From Candidatus Babeliales bacterium (GTDB lineage Bacteria > Babelota > Babeliae > Babelales > JANWKD01), in NCBI GenBank assembly GCA_963722255.1, contig CAVRJO010000002.1, positions 288,001-352,000 of the forward strand: 64,000 nucleotides of DNA, written 5' to 3'. The notes beneath the pieces were generated by a model. That model was not told the origin of the DNA. It worked only from the letters and a program-made list of their open reading frames with translations, and searched no databases. The translations under genes and the position numbers were made by a program. The number at the start of each line of letters is the position of its first letter. Positions within the stretch are counted from its first letter, which is position 1. Below, in pieces: positions 10,375 to 20,280 of the stretch.

Positions 10375-11250
10375 ATGAATTCAACAAAAATTATATTTTC
10401 ACGAAGGCTTCTTTGTATATTATCTTTATGGTTTTGTACAAACAAAACCGTTGGTAATTATCCGATCATGTCCTATGAAAAGTATGCTTCTGTGTCGCGT
10501 TCTGGCCCTTATAGGTTTCAATTATCAAAATCAAATCAGAATTTTTTTTATTTTGGAGCAAATCATTCGTGTGAGCCTCATAATAAGCAATATCAAATGC
10601 TAGAAAAATTTTGGCAAGAATTTTTAAGGAAAACCAAAGGAAAAAATTGTGTAGTATTGGTAGAAGGATCAAAGCGCTTTGTTGGTCAAAATAAAGAAGA
10701 TGCAATAATGCATAACGGTGGAGAAGGCGGTTTTATTACTTTTCTTGCTCATCAAGCTAATATTGGAACTGAATGCCCTGAACCGAGTGAAATTTTTTTA
10801 CTAAATGAACTGCAGGAACATTTTTCCGAAGAAGAGATAATTTATTTTCGCTTTGCGCAAGCTGTTTTACAATTTAATAGGCATAAGAAGGCTGATGAAA
10901 GATTAGATTTTGAAACTTTTATTCAACCTTATCTAATCAATTTTCAAAAGTTTGTTCAACTTCCAATAACGCTTGCTGCAATGAAGCAAATACACCAAAA
11001 ATTGTTTAAGCAAGAATTTAATCCAAATGACGAAAATTTTTTCTACACAATTACCAATCCTGTTATTCAAGATACTATTATTAACAAAATATGTCGTGAA
11101 GCAAGTACTATTCGAGATATCAAAATTGTGAATTATATTGATAATCTTTTACAACAAGGGAAAGATATTTTTATCGTTTATGGTTTTACTCATGCTGTAA
11201 TACAAGAAGCAGCAATAAGAGAAATATGGGAAAATAATAATTTAAAGTGA
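10375..11250 (+). CDS. Hypothetical protein, probably exported
   Basis: 291-aa ORF; conserved-looking FGANH, VLVEG and VYGFTH motifs. Confidence 0.7.
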   Translation: MNSTKIIFSRRLLCILSLWFCTNKTVGNYPIMSYEKYASVSRSGPYRFQLSKSNQNFFYFGANHSCEPHNKQYQMLEKFWQEFLRKTKGKNCVVLVEGSKRFVGQNKEDAIMHNGGEGGFITFLAHQANIGTECPEPSEIFLLNELQEHFSEEEIIYFRFAQAVLQFNRHKKADERLDFETFIQPYLINFQKFVQLPITLAAMKQIHQKLFKQEFNPNDENFFYTITNPVIQDTIINKICREASTIRDIKIVNYIDNLLQQGKDIFIVYGFTHAVIQEAAIREIWENNNLK

Positions 11251-11536
11251 TTTTACGATATAAAAATTTCTCATATAACTTCATTAGTTTCACGCTTGCA
11301 ACAAACATAAAGTTCTGCATAACTAATGCCATAGTTGTTTATTCTATCTTTTGGCCCAGGACCCATAACAACAAATCCTTGTGATTCATAAAAAGCCAAA
11401 GCTTTTTCATTGTGAGAAAAGCAGTACACAGTGCAAGTTTTGCATTCTTTATATGTTTCCAATGCAGCATATATTAATTTTTTACCTAATCCCAATCTTC
11501 GATACTCTTTATCAATTATAAGAAGATCAATTTCTA

Positions 11537-12500
11537 TAGCGACCCTCGTTAAGCCGCGCACATTTCACTCAATGCATAAACAGCTGCTTCATAAAAATCT
11601 TTAATATTTTCAGCAGCTTTTCTGATTGCATTTTTGACAGCCGTCCAATGATGCTCAATTGGGTTAAAATCAGGTGAATATGGGGGTAAAAATATAACTC
11701 TGCACGAAGCGGCTTCGATAAGCTGAATTATTTTTTTAGATTTATGGAAGCTAGCATTGTCAATTATAAGTACCATTCCAGGTTCTAACGCAGGAGCCAA
11801 AACCTGTTCTACGTAAGTTTCATAAACAGCAGAATTTGAATATCCTTCAAACAAAAATGGCGCAAACAACAAATTTAAATTCAGTGCTGCCGTGATATTA
11901 TAACGTGCTTTACGTTCAGCTTTTTTTTGCGCATGGCAACGTTCTCCGCGTGGTGCCCATCCAGTAAGAACGACCTCATTATCGTCAATTCCAGTTTCAT
12001 CAGAGTAAATGATTTTTGCTGGATCGATGTCTTTAATTTCTTCTAAAAAATCGGCACGTTTTTTTGCATTTGCTTCGGCGTAGCTAAAAGTTTTTTTTTA
12101 GATGTAAAACCAATCTTTTTAAGCATCCGTAGCATCACGTCTTCAGAGACCTTCACGCCTGTAAGTTGCTCCCATCTAATAACCATTTGTGGGGATGTAC
12201 ATTGCTTATTAGAATTTGCAAATGCTTTGAATTTTTCCAAGTCTGTAATTTTGTGGCTATGGCCTTTTTGATAACCTGTTTTTGGTTTGAGCTCGCCAGT
12301 TTTTTTTCGTAATTCTAACCATTCATAAATTACCCTTCTGCTGACATCAAATATTTTAGCGGCCTCGTCTATATGCATGCCACCATCAACTGCCCCTATT
12401 ACTCGTTCTCTTAAATCAAGACTGAATGCCATTCGCTTCTCCTTTTTAAAATTTTAAGGATAGTATAGCACATTTGTGCGGAAATTAAAGCGGGGCGCTA
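11537..12500 (-). mobile_element. IS630 family element
   Basis: Imperfect IR TAGCGACCCTCGTTAAGCCGCGCACA / TAGCGCCCCGCTTTAATTTCCGCACA; TA duplication at 11535-36 and 12501-02. Confidence 0.9.
11549..12432 (-). CDS. IS630 transposase (HTH ORF plus DDE ORF joined by -1 frameshift)
   Basis: MAFSLDLRERV HTH; A9 run near 12091-12099; -1 frame reads KTFSYAE...YSDETG...IDNASFH...LPPYSPDFNPIE. Confidence 0.88.
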
Positions 12501-12510
12501 TAGAACCCTA

Positions 12511-13366
12511 GGTTCTGTGAACCAAATTTAAAAAATGCTTAAAAAAAGATAAGCTTCCTTTGTTAATCAACTAAAAAAACAAAAGGAAGCTTGTAATGCA
12601 TTACCTAATTAATGATACAGATTTTGAAAAAATATTGAATGTTTTAATGAGCATCAAAGGGATTCACAAGAAGTCTATTGAAAAATTACGTAAATTTATA
12701 GAGGCAATATATTACATATGCAGAAGCGGTTGCCAATGGAGATTATTGCCAATTTATTATGGTAGTTGGCGAGCTGTTCACAAGCGATTTAAGCAGTGGA
12801 ATAAACGTAATATTTGGAAAAAACTATTTGAAAGTTTTCAAGAAGATCCTGATATGGAATGGGCAATGATAGACTCTACAGTTATTAGAGCACATGCATG
12901 TGCAGCTGGATATGGTAAAGATACTCAAGAACAAGAGGCGTTAGGACGTAGCAAGGGCGGCTTCTCAACAAAAATACACGCTTTGGTTGATGCATTGGGA
13001 AATCCACTAAAATTTGTTTTAACACCCGGTCAACGACATGACATTACTCAAGCAAAAAATCTGAGCACTGGTATTGTAGATGCTTCTATCATTGGAGATA
13101 CTGCTTATGATGCTGATCATTTCATTGAAAGCATAAAAGATCAACGATGTAAGCCAGAAATTCCTCCTCGTAGAAATCGTAAGCAGCCTCGTGACTATGA
13201 TGTTCATCTTTACAAAGAGCGACATTCCATCGAATGTTTTTTCGGAAAAATTAAACATTTTCGTAGGATTTTTTCGCGATTCGATAAATCTTCTCAATCT
13301 TATTTATCTTTTTTATATTTTGTAGGGACCTTAATTTGGCTTAGGTAAAATTTGGTTCACAGAACA
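12511..13366 (+). mobile_element. IS5 family element (IS427-like)
   Basis: IR GTTCTGTGAACCAAATTT at both ends; CTA(G) duplicated at 12508-12510 and 13367-13369; ends uncertain by 1 bp. Confidence 0.88.
12596..13348 (+). CDS. IS5 family transposase
   Basis: GCQWRLLP, IDST, LGRSKGGFSTKIH, GDTAYD, YKERHSIECFF, RFDK. Confidence 0.93.
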   Translation: MHYLINDTDFEKILNVLMSIKGIHKKSIEKLRKFIEAIYYICRSGCQWRLLPIYYGSWRAVHKRFKQWNKRNIWKKLFESFQEDPDMEWAMIDSTVIRAHACAAGYGKDTQEQEALGRSKGGFSTKIHALVDALGNPLKFVLTPGQRHDITQAKNLSTGIVDASIIGDTAYDADHFIESIKDQRCKPEIPPRRNRKQPRDYDVHLYKERHSIECFFGKIKHFRRIFSRFDKSSQSYLSFLYFVGTLIWLR

Positions 13367-13774
13367 CTAGAATCTTTTTTTAAAAAAACTATCAAGCCAA
13401 CGACTTGTTGCGTTCTCGGATCAAATGCTACATAAAGCCTTTCATGGCCAACTAGATTTACGCAATCAGAGAACTCTTTTTTGTCATTAGCACAATCCAT
13501 CTTCAAATAATAATCCGGATCTTTGCCTATTGGAGTATGAGAATATTTTTTACTATAAAAAGGCTTAAAATATTCCATAGAAACACGCCAATCTAAATCT
13601 ATTGCAGAAGGAATATCAGACAAAGTTGCCTGTCTTATAATAATTTCAGATACCTTATCTACCATAAAGGCATCATTAAAAAGGACCGAAATAAGCAGCA
13701 GGCATAAAAAGTTACACACAATGCATCTCATATCTGAAGAACACAATTAGCTCCCTTTTTTAATGCATTAATTT

Positions 13775-14641
13775 CTAAGGCTTATAAACAAAGACATCAA
13801 AATCAAAAACATGTTCAAAGCCAATTTTTTGATTTATAGAATATGCTTGCTTACCAAGTCCATCTAAAATAACGTAGTCTAGCCCAAGTTCATCTGCCCG
13901 TTGTAAAAGCATTTGAAGTAATGCAGTAGCAATTCCTTGATTGCGATAGTTTTTATCAGTTGCAACTTTAAAAATAAATGCATAATTAGTATTGATCATA
14001 AGATTGCCAGTACCCACAAGTTGATCATTATAGAATGCTCCATAAAACTCTAACTTTGGCATATCGGGCATATTGTGTGTAACTGCTTTTAAATAAGCAT
14101 CAGCAACTTCACTACTATAATTGAATGATTGTGCAACAATAGTAATCCAAGGCTCCATTTCTTGAGGAGTATTAGAAAGTTTTCTAATGTGTATATCTAA
14201 TTTAGGCCACGATTGCATTGGCGATTTTTTGTGCAAATGATATATCATAGTCGATAGAGTAAATTTGTTTATAAAGCCTCTTTCAATAAGAAGATTTGGT
14301 AAAGTAGATGGTTGTGATGATGGTGATACAGCCCAAGAAAGAGGTGCATTATTTTTTTGAGCTTGCGCAACTACATAATCAATAAATTCTATAGCTTTTT
14401 CTTGTGTGTCTGAAAAATGAGTTACATCGTTAAATACCGGCGTATTAAGTCCTGATACACAATAATGCACATTTTCATTAATAAGCATTTTGCCATTAAG
14501 ACGCGATATAAAAAATTCTTGTGCTTTTTGCACCTGCGATTCAACTTGTTTGATATCTGGATAGTTTTCTAAAGCAGCGCACCATGCAAAAAAAGTAAGA
14601 TAATTAATGAAAAAGATCGGGAAAATACTTTCTTTATACAT
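13775..14641 (-). CDS. GNAT acetyltransferase with hydrophobic N-terminus
   Basis: VATDKNYRNQGIATALL acetyl-CoA motif, KIGF. Confidence 0.85.
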   Translation of the reverse strand: MYKESIFPIFFINYLTFFAWCAALENYPDIKQVESQVQKAQEFFISRLNGKMLINENVHYCVSGLNTPVFNDVTHFSDTQEKAIEFIDYVVAQAQKNNAPLSWAVSPSSQPSTLPNLLIERGFINKFTLSTMIYHLHKKSPMQSWPKLDIHIRKLSNTPQEMEPWITIVAQSFNYSSEVADAYLKAVTHNMPDMPKLEFYGAFYNDQLVGTGNLMINTNYAFIFKVATDKNYRNQGIATALLQMLLQRADELGLDYVILDGLGKQAYSINQKIGFEHVFDFDVFVYKP

Positions 14642-14823
14642 GTTATTCCTTTTACAGTAGATATTGAAAATTACCTTACTCATTTTATCTAATTTTTAAT
14701 GGTATCAAAGCGACTAATATAAAAACAAGAGAAATAACTGCGCAAGCACACAATTATGTTTGATTACGAAATAACAGGTTTATTTACATCAAAATAATCA
14801 CACAAAAATAGAGAATTATTCTT

Positions 14824-15687
14824 CTATACAATGAAATATTTATTACCCTCAAGTGCCATTATAGCATCTTTTGATTTGCACAGTTCTTCTACCGCTTTCA
14901 AACTATCTTCGGATTTTTCTGACATAAGATCACTATAATGGCGATAAAAAGGCTCTGAAAGAGGATTGGATAAACGAAGAGACCTCATTTTTTCTGCTAA
15001 AATTTCTTTACGAGCTTTAATTTTCTTATTCGTTGAACTAATTCTTAGTTCATGCGCAACCGCTTTAGTTGGTTGTATCACTATAGAATTGAGCGCAAGA
15101 TATAAAAGCAATGATGATCCGGCAAGAACCCCAAGACTTCCCGCAAGCACAGGTGAAAGAATAATACATTGAACTAAGGTCTCAGATTTGTCACAAAACA
15201 TATCACCTAAACCAAATCCAACATATGTCCCCATTGATCCAAGAAACAAATTTAATACCCCATCTGCCATTTCACATACACAAATATCATTAGGTTCTTT
15301 TGTTAGTTTTTCTCGAAGCTCAAGGAATGTTTTTAACTTTTGACAATCCACCATTAATGCATAATAAATCTTATCAGTTTCTTCATCATCACTGTCTGTG
15401 ACATACGTCCTATACAATTGCAATTGCATAATTGTCTTTTGTGATGAATATTTTTTTCTACAATTTTTTTTTAATATAGAACTATTCTGAGTATAATCAA
15501 AGGTATGTTGACCTGCTGCAAGACTTACGGTTCTTAACGATCTTGATACAACGGGTTGAGTAGATACAGCGCTCAATAGTTTAGTGCTTTGTGAGCAAAC
15601 ACTATTGCCAATCCTATGTTTCATTGCATAAAGAGGATTAAAAAGCAGAACAAAAAATAGCGGTAGTATTTTATTTACATGTTTCAT
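14824..15687 (-). CDS. Putative exported membrane protein
   Basis: Signal ...NPLYA-MKH; basic Ser/Thr-rich segment; two hydrophobic segments; coiled-coil tail. Confidence 0.7.
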   Translation of the reverse strand: MKHVNKILPLFFVLLFNPLYAMKHRIGNSVCSQSTKLLSAVSTQPVVSRSLRTVSLAAGQHTFDYTQNSSILKKNCRKKYSSQKTIMQLQLYRTYVTDSDDEETDKIYYALMVDCQKLKTFLELREKLTKEPNDICVCEMADGVLNLFLGSMGTYVGFGLGDMFCDKSETLVQCIILSPVLAGSLGVLAGSSLLLYLALNSIVIQPTKAVAHELRISSTNKKIKARKEILAEKMRSLRLSNPLSEPFYRHYSDLMSEKSEDSLKAVEELCKSKDAIMALEGNKYFIV

Positions 15688-15771
15688 AACAATTTCCCTA
15701 ACAAACTTTGGCATGTGAAATTCTAAAAACAAGAGCAGCGCAAATCGATATTCCATGATTGTCAACAAACT

Positions 15772-16449
15772 TCAATGTTCCTTTTCTGAATCAAGCATTC
15801 TTAACTTTGCAAACAAAAGATCTTGTTCAGCTTCTTTTTGTCTCAAAATGCATGCTTGTTTTTCCTGTTCCAATTTTTCTTGCATATCTCTACGTTTTTT
15901 GTATTCTGCATTGTATTTTCCTATTAAAATATTACAACCTCTTTGGCCATCTGAATATTGACAAATACCATGTTGAATAATCCGTGTCTTTAAAATATCA
16001 ACATCAGTATCAAGTAAAAGTTTTGTCATTTCTTCAGATACTTGAACAGCCAGGCTAAAGTATTCATCAATTGGACCATCTTTAGGGTCGTGATAATCAG
16101 CGATAAACTTTCTTACAAGAGGAATATTGTTAGATCCTATTGCTTTACTAAAAAGTTTTGAAAATTCATCAGAGGTTACACCATCTTTAGATATATAATT
16201 TCCATGACCATCTCTATTACTACAAATCAACCCTTCTAAAAGTTCCATTTTTTCATGTTTTTTGCATTCAATGAGTTCTTCAATCATCTGATGACGTTTT
16301 GCTCTGGTATAACCCATTGCCAAAAATTGTGATGCAAGAGTTTTTCTACGCTCTTGAGAACATGATTCTTCCCATCTTTTTTCCATAGCTTGCATATTCA
16401 TTGAAATGACACAAAATATAAGAATCAAATAGTGCTTGTAATTGATCAT
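15772..16449 (-). CDS. Exported protein with degenerate ankyrin-like repeat and coiled coil
   Basis: Signal ...MNMQA-MEK; AIGSNNIPLVRKFI, EEMTKLLLD; AAAGGA RBS. Confidence 0.65.
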   Translation of the reverse strand: MINYKHYLILIFCVISMNMQAMEKRWEESCSQERRKTLASQFLAMGYTRAKRHQMIEELIECKKHEKMELLEGLICSNRDGHGNYISKDGVTSDEFSKLFSKAIGSNNIPLVRKFIADYHDPKDGPIDEYFSLAVQVSEEMTKLLLDTDVDILKTRIIQHGICQYSDGQRGCNILIGKYNAEYKKRRDMQEKLEQEKQACILRQKEAEQDLLFAKLRMLDSEKEH

Positions 16450-16555
16450 GAGATCCTTTCTTTGATAGAGTAAATATTCTGAATAAGAATAACTTCATTA
16501 CGTACGCATGTCTATACTTATATAGTGTAAATAGAGCCTACGTCACTGTTTTCAA

Positions 16556-18127
16556 TTAAGTATGATTATTTAATTTTTTGATCACAAAATCAAGATCTAA
16601 AACATTATTATTGCAATTAAAAGCTAAGCCAATTAACGTGATTTTTTTATTCTGAAACAGATACTTTTGATAATACTCTTTTTCTTCAATTTGTTGCAAT
16701 GCACGCTCTGCTGTGTCATCCGCTTTTATTTCAAATATGTAAATATTTGATTGTGTTTGAATTACAGCATCGATTCTACCCTTATTGGTAGAAACTTCTG
16801 ATTGTATATTTGTGCCAAGCATACTGAAAACTAGTTGAAAAATTGTGTGATAATCTGCTTCTTTTTTCCGTGCATATAATTGATAGGGAACATGAGCAAA
16901 CAATGTTTGTAAGAGTATACAAAATTGTTTCATATCATCTTTATTAAGAGCAGTAATTAGTTGAGTTGTTATGGTTTCAATGCTTGAAACTTCATTGTGA
17001 GTAATAGCTGCTAATAGATAACTCTTAAATGATTCACGAACCTCTACATTCGGGTAGTCGAGGGTAAACTGTTGCAATGTTTCATCATACTTTTTAATGG
17101 TAAGGTAACCTGTTTCAAATAGTAAGGGTAGTAAAGGAATATCAGTAACTTCAAATGTCCTATCAAGCGCTTGTTTGCTTATAATACTATTTTTCTCAAG
17201 CTCAGAAGCTTCAGCTATTTTTTTACGCATAATATGTACTAAAAAGGATGGCGTTCCCGATTTAAACCAATAATTATTAAAACTAAAATCATGCAAGCAA
17301 TAAAGAACTGAAAAGGGATTATAGACTTTTATATTAGCTTCACAAAATCGGTAACCATTATACCATTGTTGCAATTTTGTAAAAATGTCAGGTGTTGTGG
17401 TTTTTGTTTTTTTAGCAAAAGCAGCTACGTAGTCATCAAAATAAAAGGGAAGTTCTGTTTGTGTGTATCCAAAAAGCTGTGATGTTTCTGGTTTAAGAGA
17501 AATATCATTTAAATTGTTCATGCCGGAAAAAACAGAAGTCCTTGCAAACTTAGTGACTCCTGTAATAAAAATGGCTTGCAAATATGCATCAAGACTTTTA
17601 ATGGTAGCATACAAACTATGTAAGATTGCTTGTTGCTCTTGTGCTTCTTTAATATTATGCAAATGATCAAGCATTGGTTTATCGTATTCATCAACAAGAA
17701 TTACAACTTTACTGCGTTGTGATAAAGCGATAATTAATTGATCAAGAGCGCTCTCAGGAAAATTACTCAAAGTAATATTTAATGAATAGTTATCTGCAAT
17801 CTGTTGAAGATGTCTTACCAGTTCTTGCTCTAATTGTTGAGGTGTTCTATGAGCAATGCGTGAAAAATCCAAATGAATAACTGGATATTCAGTCCATTGA
17901 TAATCGCTCGATCCAATACGCAAATTTTCAAAAAGTTTTTTATTTCCTGAAAAAAGTTCTTTAAGTGTTGATATAAACAAGGATTTACCAAAACGTCGAG
18001 GCCTCGATAAAAAATAATATCCTTTTTCTTTCACCAAAGGATATATAAATTGAGTTTTATCTATATACAGATAATTCCCCGTTATCATTTCTTCAAAGTT
18101 ACTTACAAAAATTGGCAGTTTTTTCAT
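16556..18127 (-). CDS. AAA-ATPase-like protein with PD-(D/E)XK nuclease domain
   Basis: YIDKT, RPRRFGKS, LVDEYDKP, WYNGY, YNPFS, GRID...IFEIK, ALQQI. Confidence 0.92.
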   Translation of the reverse strand: MKKLPIFVSNFEEMITGNYLYIDKTQFIYPLVKEKGYYFLSRPRRFGKSLFISTLKELFSGNKKLFENLRIGSSDYQWTEYPVIHLDFSRIAHRTPQQLEQELVRHLQQIADNYSLNITLSNFPESALDQLIIALSQRSKVVILVDEYDKPMLDHLHNIKEAQEQQAILHSLYATIKSLDAYLQAIFITGVTKFARTSVFSGMNNLNDISLKPETSQLFGYTQTELPFYFDDYVAAFAKKTKTTTPDIFTKLQQWYNGYRFCEANIKVYNPFSVLYCLHDFSFNNYWFKSGTPSFLVHIMRKKIAEASELEKNSIISKQALDRTFEVTDIPLLPLLFETGYLTIKKYDETLQQFTLDYPNVEVRESFKSYLLAAITHNEVSSIETITTQLITALNKDDMKQFCILLQTLFAHVPYQLYARKKEADYHTIFQLVFSMLGTNIQSEVSTNKGRIDAVIQTQSNIYIFEIKADDTAERALQQIEEKEYYQKYLFQNKKITLIGLAFNCNNNVLDLDFVIKKLNNHT

Positions 18128-18311
18128 CGCGCACTCTAAACTGATTACTTTCAAAAATTTACTGTAATTCAAGTATTAGCACAGAATACTATGTTATTGT
18201 AACAAGATTTGTAAAAAGTTACAGTCTACTTCTTTTTTTGGTTCTCATCCATCAATTGGCTATAAATCTCACGAGATGCTAAACAAAATAGCATTCTTTA
18301 CTTTTTATTGT

Positions 18312-19145
18312 TTAAAAGCTCCCGCCAGGACGTGCGCATAAGGCATTATACAAATCATTGGGAATAGAGGCGAGCAGCTCAGCAACTTTTTGCCAACGCT
18401 TGGTAATATAGGCAACTGCTTGTTGATTTTTTATTGCTTCAACAATTTCTTGTGAAGCATCCTGTAATGACTCAACCCAATAAGCCTGTGGTAATTGGTT
18501 AAAATCAATATCATCTCTACTGTTAACCCAACCGGGAACAATGTCAGTAACGACAATTGGAATACCTCTTTGCAAATATTTATTTCGTTCAGCTTCTAAA
18601 TAACGAGAACAAAACGCTTTAGCCGCTGAATATGGTGGATGAGAAGCCACTCCATGGAGCCCATCTATTGATGAAAAACCAACCAAATGGCCATGGCCTT
18701 GTCTTTCAAAAAAATTTAGCCCCGTTCTTGCTAGAGCAAAAAAACCTACAACATCAACTTGTAATACACACAATGAACCTCTCCAATCATTACTTTCAAA
18801 ATCCGCGTCCCAACCTCCCGTGCTGGCAAGTATCAGAAGATCAAGGCCGCCCATTTGTATGATCAGCTCATTCAGCTTTTCTACTGCCTCTTCAGGTTTT
18901 GAAACATCAATATAGGCACTATATGTTTGCGAAGGAATTTCTTGCTGGATTCTTTCTAACAGTGAAATTCTGCGCGCAGCCATGCCAACAATATACCCAT
19001 CGGCTGCAAGGAGTTTTGCAACTTCTTTTCCCATTCCGGAGCTTGCTCCAATAACAATTGCTCTTTTGGTGTGCGCATCAAGCAATGACATGATACTTAT
19101 TACTGCTATTACTAATGCACCTATGAGGATGTCCCTATTGCCCAT
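18312..19145 (-). CDS. SDR family oxidoreductase with N-terminal hydrophobic leader
   Basis: IGASSGMG, YSAAK catalytic motif, PGWV. Confidence 0.9.
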   Translation of the reverse strand: MGNRDILIGALVIAVISIMSLLDAHTKRAIVIGASSGMGKEVAKLLAADGYIVGMAARRISLLERIQQEIPSQTYSAYIDVSKPEEAVEKLNELIIQMGGLDLLILASTGGWDADFESNDWRGSLCVLQVDVVGFFALARTGLNFFERQGHGHLVGFSSIDGLHGVASHPPYSAAKAFCSRYLEAERNKYLQRGIPIVVTDIVPGWVNSRDDIDFNQLPQAYWVESLQDASQEIVEAIKNQQAVAYITKRWQKVAELLASIPNDLYNALCARPGGSF

Positions 19146-19321
19146 TACAATTCCCCCTGATTTTTTAGTTATTTTTTTATAACTATACTGATCTTTAATA
19201 GGGCGAAGCAATACTAGAAAATTTTTTTTGATATAATCGTCATTCTTGAATTAATTGAATGGTATGAAAAAGAAGAAGCGAATTCTAAGGATGATCAAGC
19301 TCTTCCCTTTTAAAAGTTATA

Positions 19322-19353
19322 AAACCGGGGATGGCATTGCTGCTCCCCGGTTT
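19322..19353 (-). terminator. Rho-independent terminator
   Basis: AAACCGGGGA...TCCCCGGTTT stem downstream of the 19388 gene. Confidence 0.7.
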
Positions 19354-19387
19354 ATTTTAGTGTGCAAAAAAAAAGAGTCTTATTGTG

Positions 19388-20191
19388 CTATTGCTGAGCT
19401 TGTAATTTTTTTAATCTCTTTTTTTCTCTTTTTTCGCGTATCGATTCTTTTTTCTTTTCTGTCTTTTCTGCTCTCTCTTCTTTTTCTTTTTTCACTTGCT
19501 GTGCCGACTTTTTATACTCATGTGGTCTTGTATCGCCACGCGTTGTTCTAACTCTTTTTCCAGCTTTCTTGCTCAATGGCTGAACTTCTTGCATTTCACC
19601 TTTTGATGCTTTTTGTATTGGCAACGCTCTTGTTCTTTTGGAAACTTCTAAGGGTTTTGTTTGGCTCGGTAATTGACCCGCTATTCCCGTTGTTCTTTTT
19701 TTTGGTTGTAAAACTTTTGGCCCCACAATAGGCTCAACACTTCTGCTTGGATGAACCGGACGCAAATGTTTCATCAGTGTTTTAGGTTTTTTATAATTGA
19801 AAATATGGCCTTCTGCAATGTCCAAAAATTTGTTAGCGGCATCTATACCCATTTCTGACTTAATCGAATCGTATGAATCCTTTACGACTCTTGCAATTTG
19901 TTGCTCATTCTTAACCTTTAATAAATCACTATGATCTTGTTCCGGGTGATATCTAAGCTTTTTCAAATACGACAAAATGTGATGTCTATTTTTTGAATTT
20001 AATGTCTGATCTTCTCTTTCACTTTGTTTTAAATTTGCAAGTGCCTTCTCTAAGGTATCTATCGAAAGAGCTTTGTCCAAATTGCTTACATGCATTTGTA
20101 CTTGTTTACCTGCACCGCCGGCACAAAACAGTTGTAAGGGTACCACCAACACAACAATCGCTAAAACCTTTAAAAATTGTTTATTCTTCAT
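19388..20191 (-). CDS. Exported, very basic protein with Lys/Arg/Glu-rich C-terminus
   Basis: AGGAG RBS, signal ...LQLFC, tail REKREKKRLKK. Confidence 0.75.
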   Translation of the reverse strand: MKNKQFLKVLAIVVLVVPLQLFCAGGAGKQVQMHVSNLDKALSIDTLEKALANLKQSEREDQTLNSKNRHHILSYLKKLRYHPEQDHSDLLKVKNEQQIARVVKDSYDSIKSEMGIDAANKFLDIAEGHIFNYKKPKTLMKHLRPVHPSRSVEPIVGPKVLQPKKRTTGIAGQLPSQTKPLEVSKRTRALPIQKASKGEMQEVQPLSKKAGKRVRTTRGDTRPHEYKKSAQQVKKEKEERAEKTEKKKESIREKREKKRLKKLQAQQ

Positions 20192-20280
20192 AAAACTCCT
20201 TTTTAAATAAACAAACAAACTATTCTAGGTTTTAAACTAACACTCTTATATTTTTAATTGCAATATGTTTTATAATTTTT

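Larger units (their letters stand above)
11271..13746 (-). pseudogene. GNAT acetyltransferase disrupted by IS630 and IS5
   Basis: Removing both ISs restores the frame ...VFLKKDSRVLEIDLLIIDKEYRRLGLGKKL...NEKALAFYESQGF. Confidence 0.85.

Noticed and set aside
16556..18127. AAA + PD-(D/E)XK gene as a novel defence system
   Set aside because: Common stand-alone family with no partner genes here; nothing beyond the family call can be supported
19255..19551. 98-aa hydrophobic ORF on the + strand, and similar short antisense ORFs throughout
   Set aside because: Antisense shadow of Lys/Glu-rich coding sequence, overlapping better-supported genes
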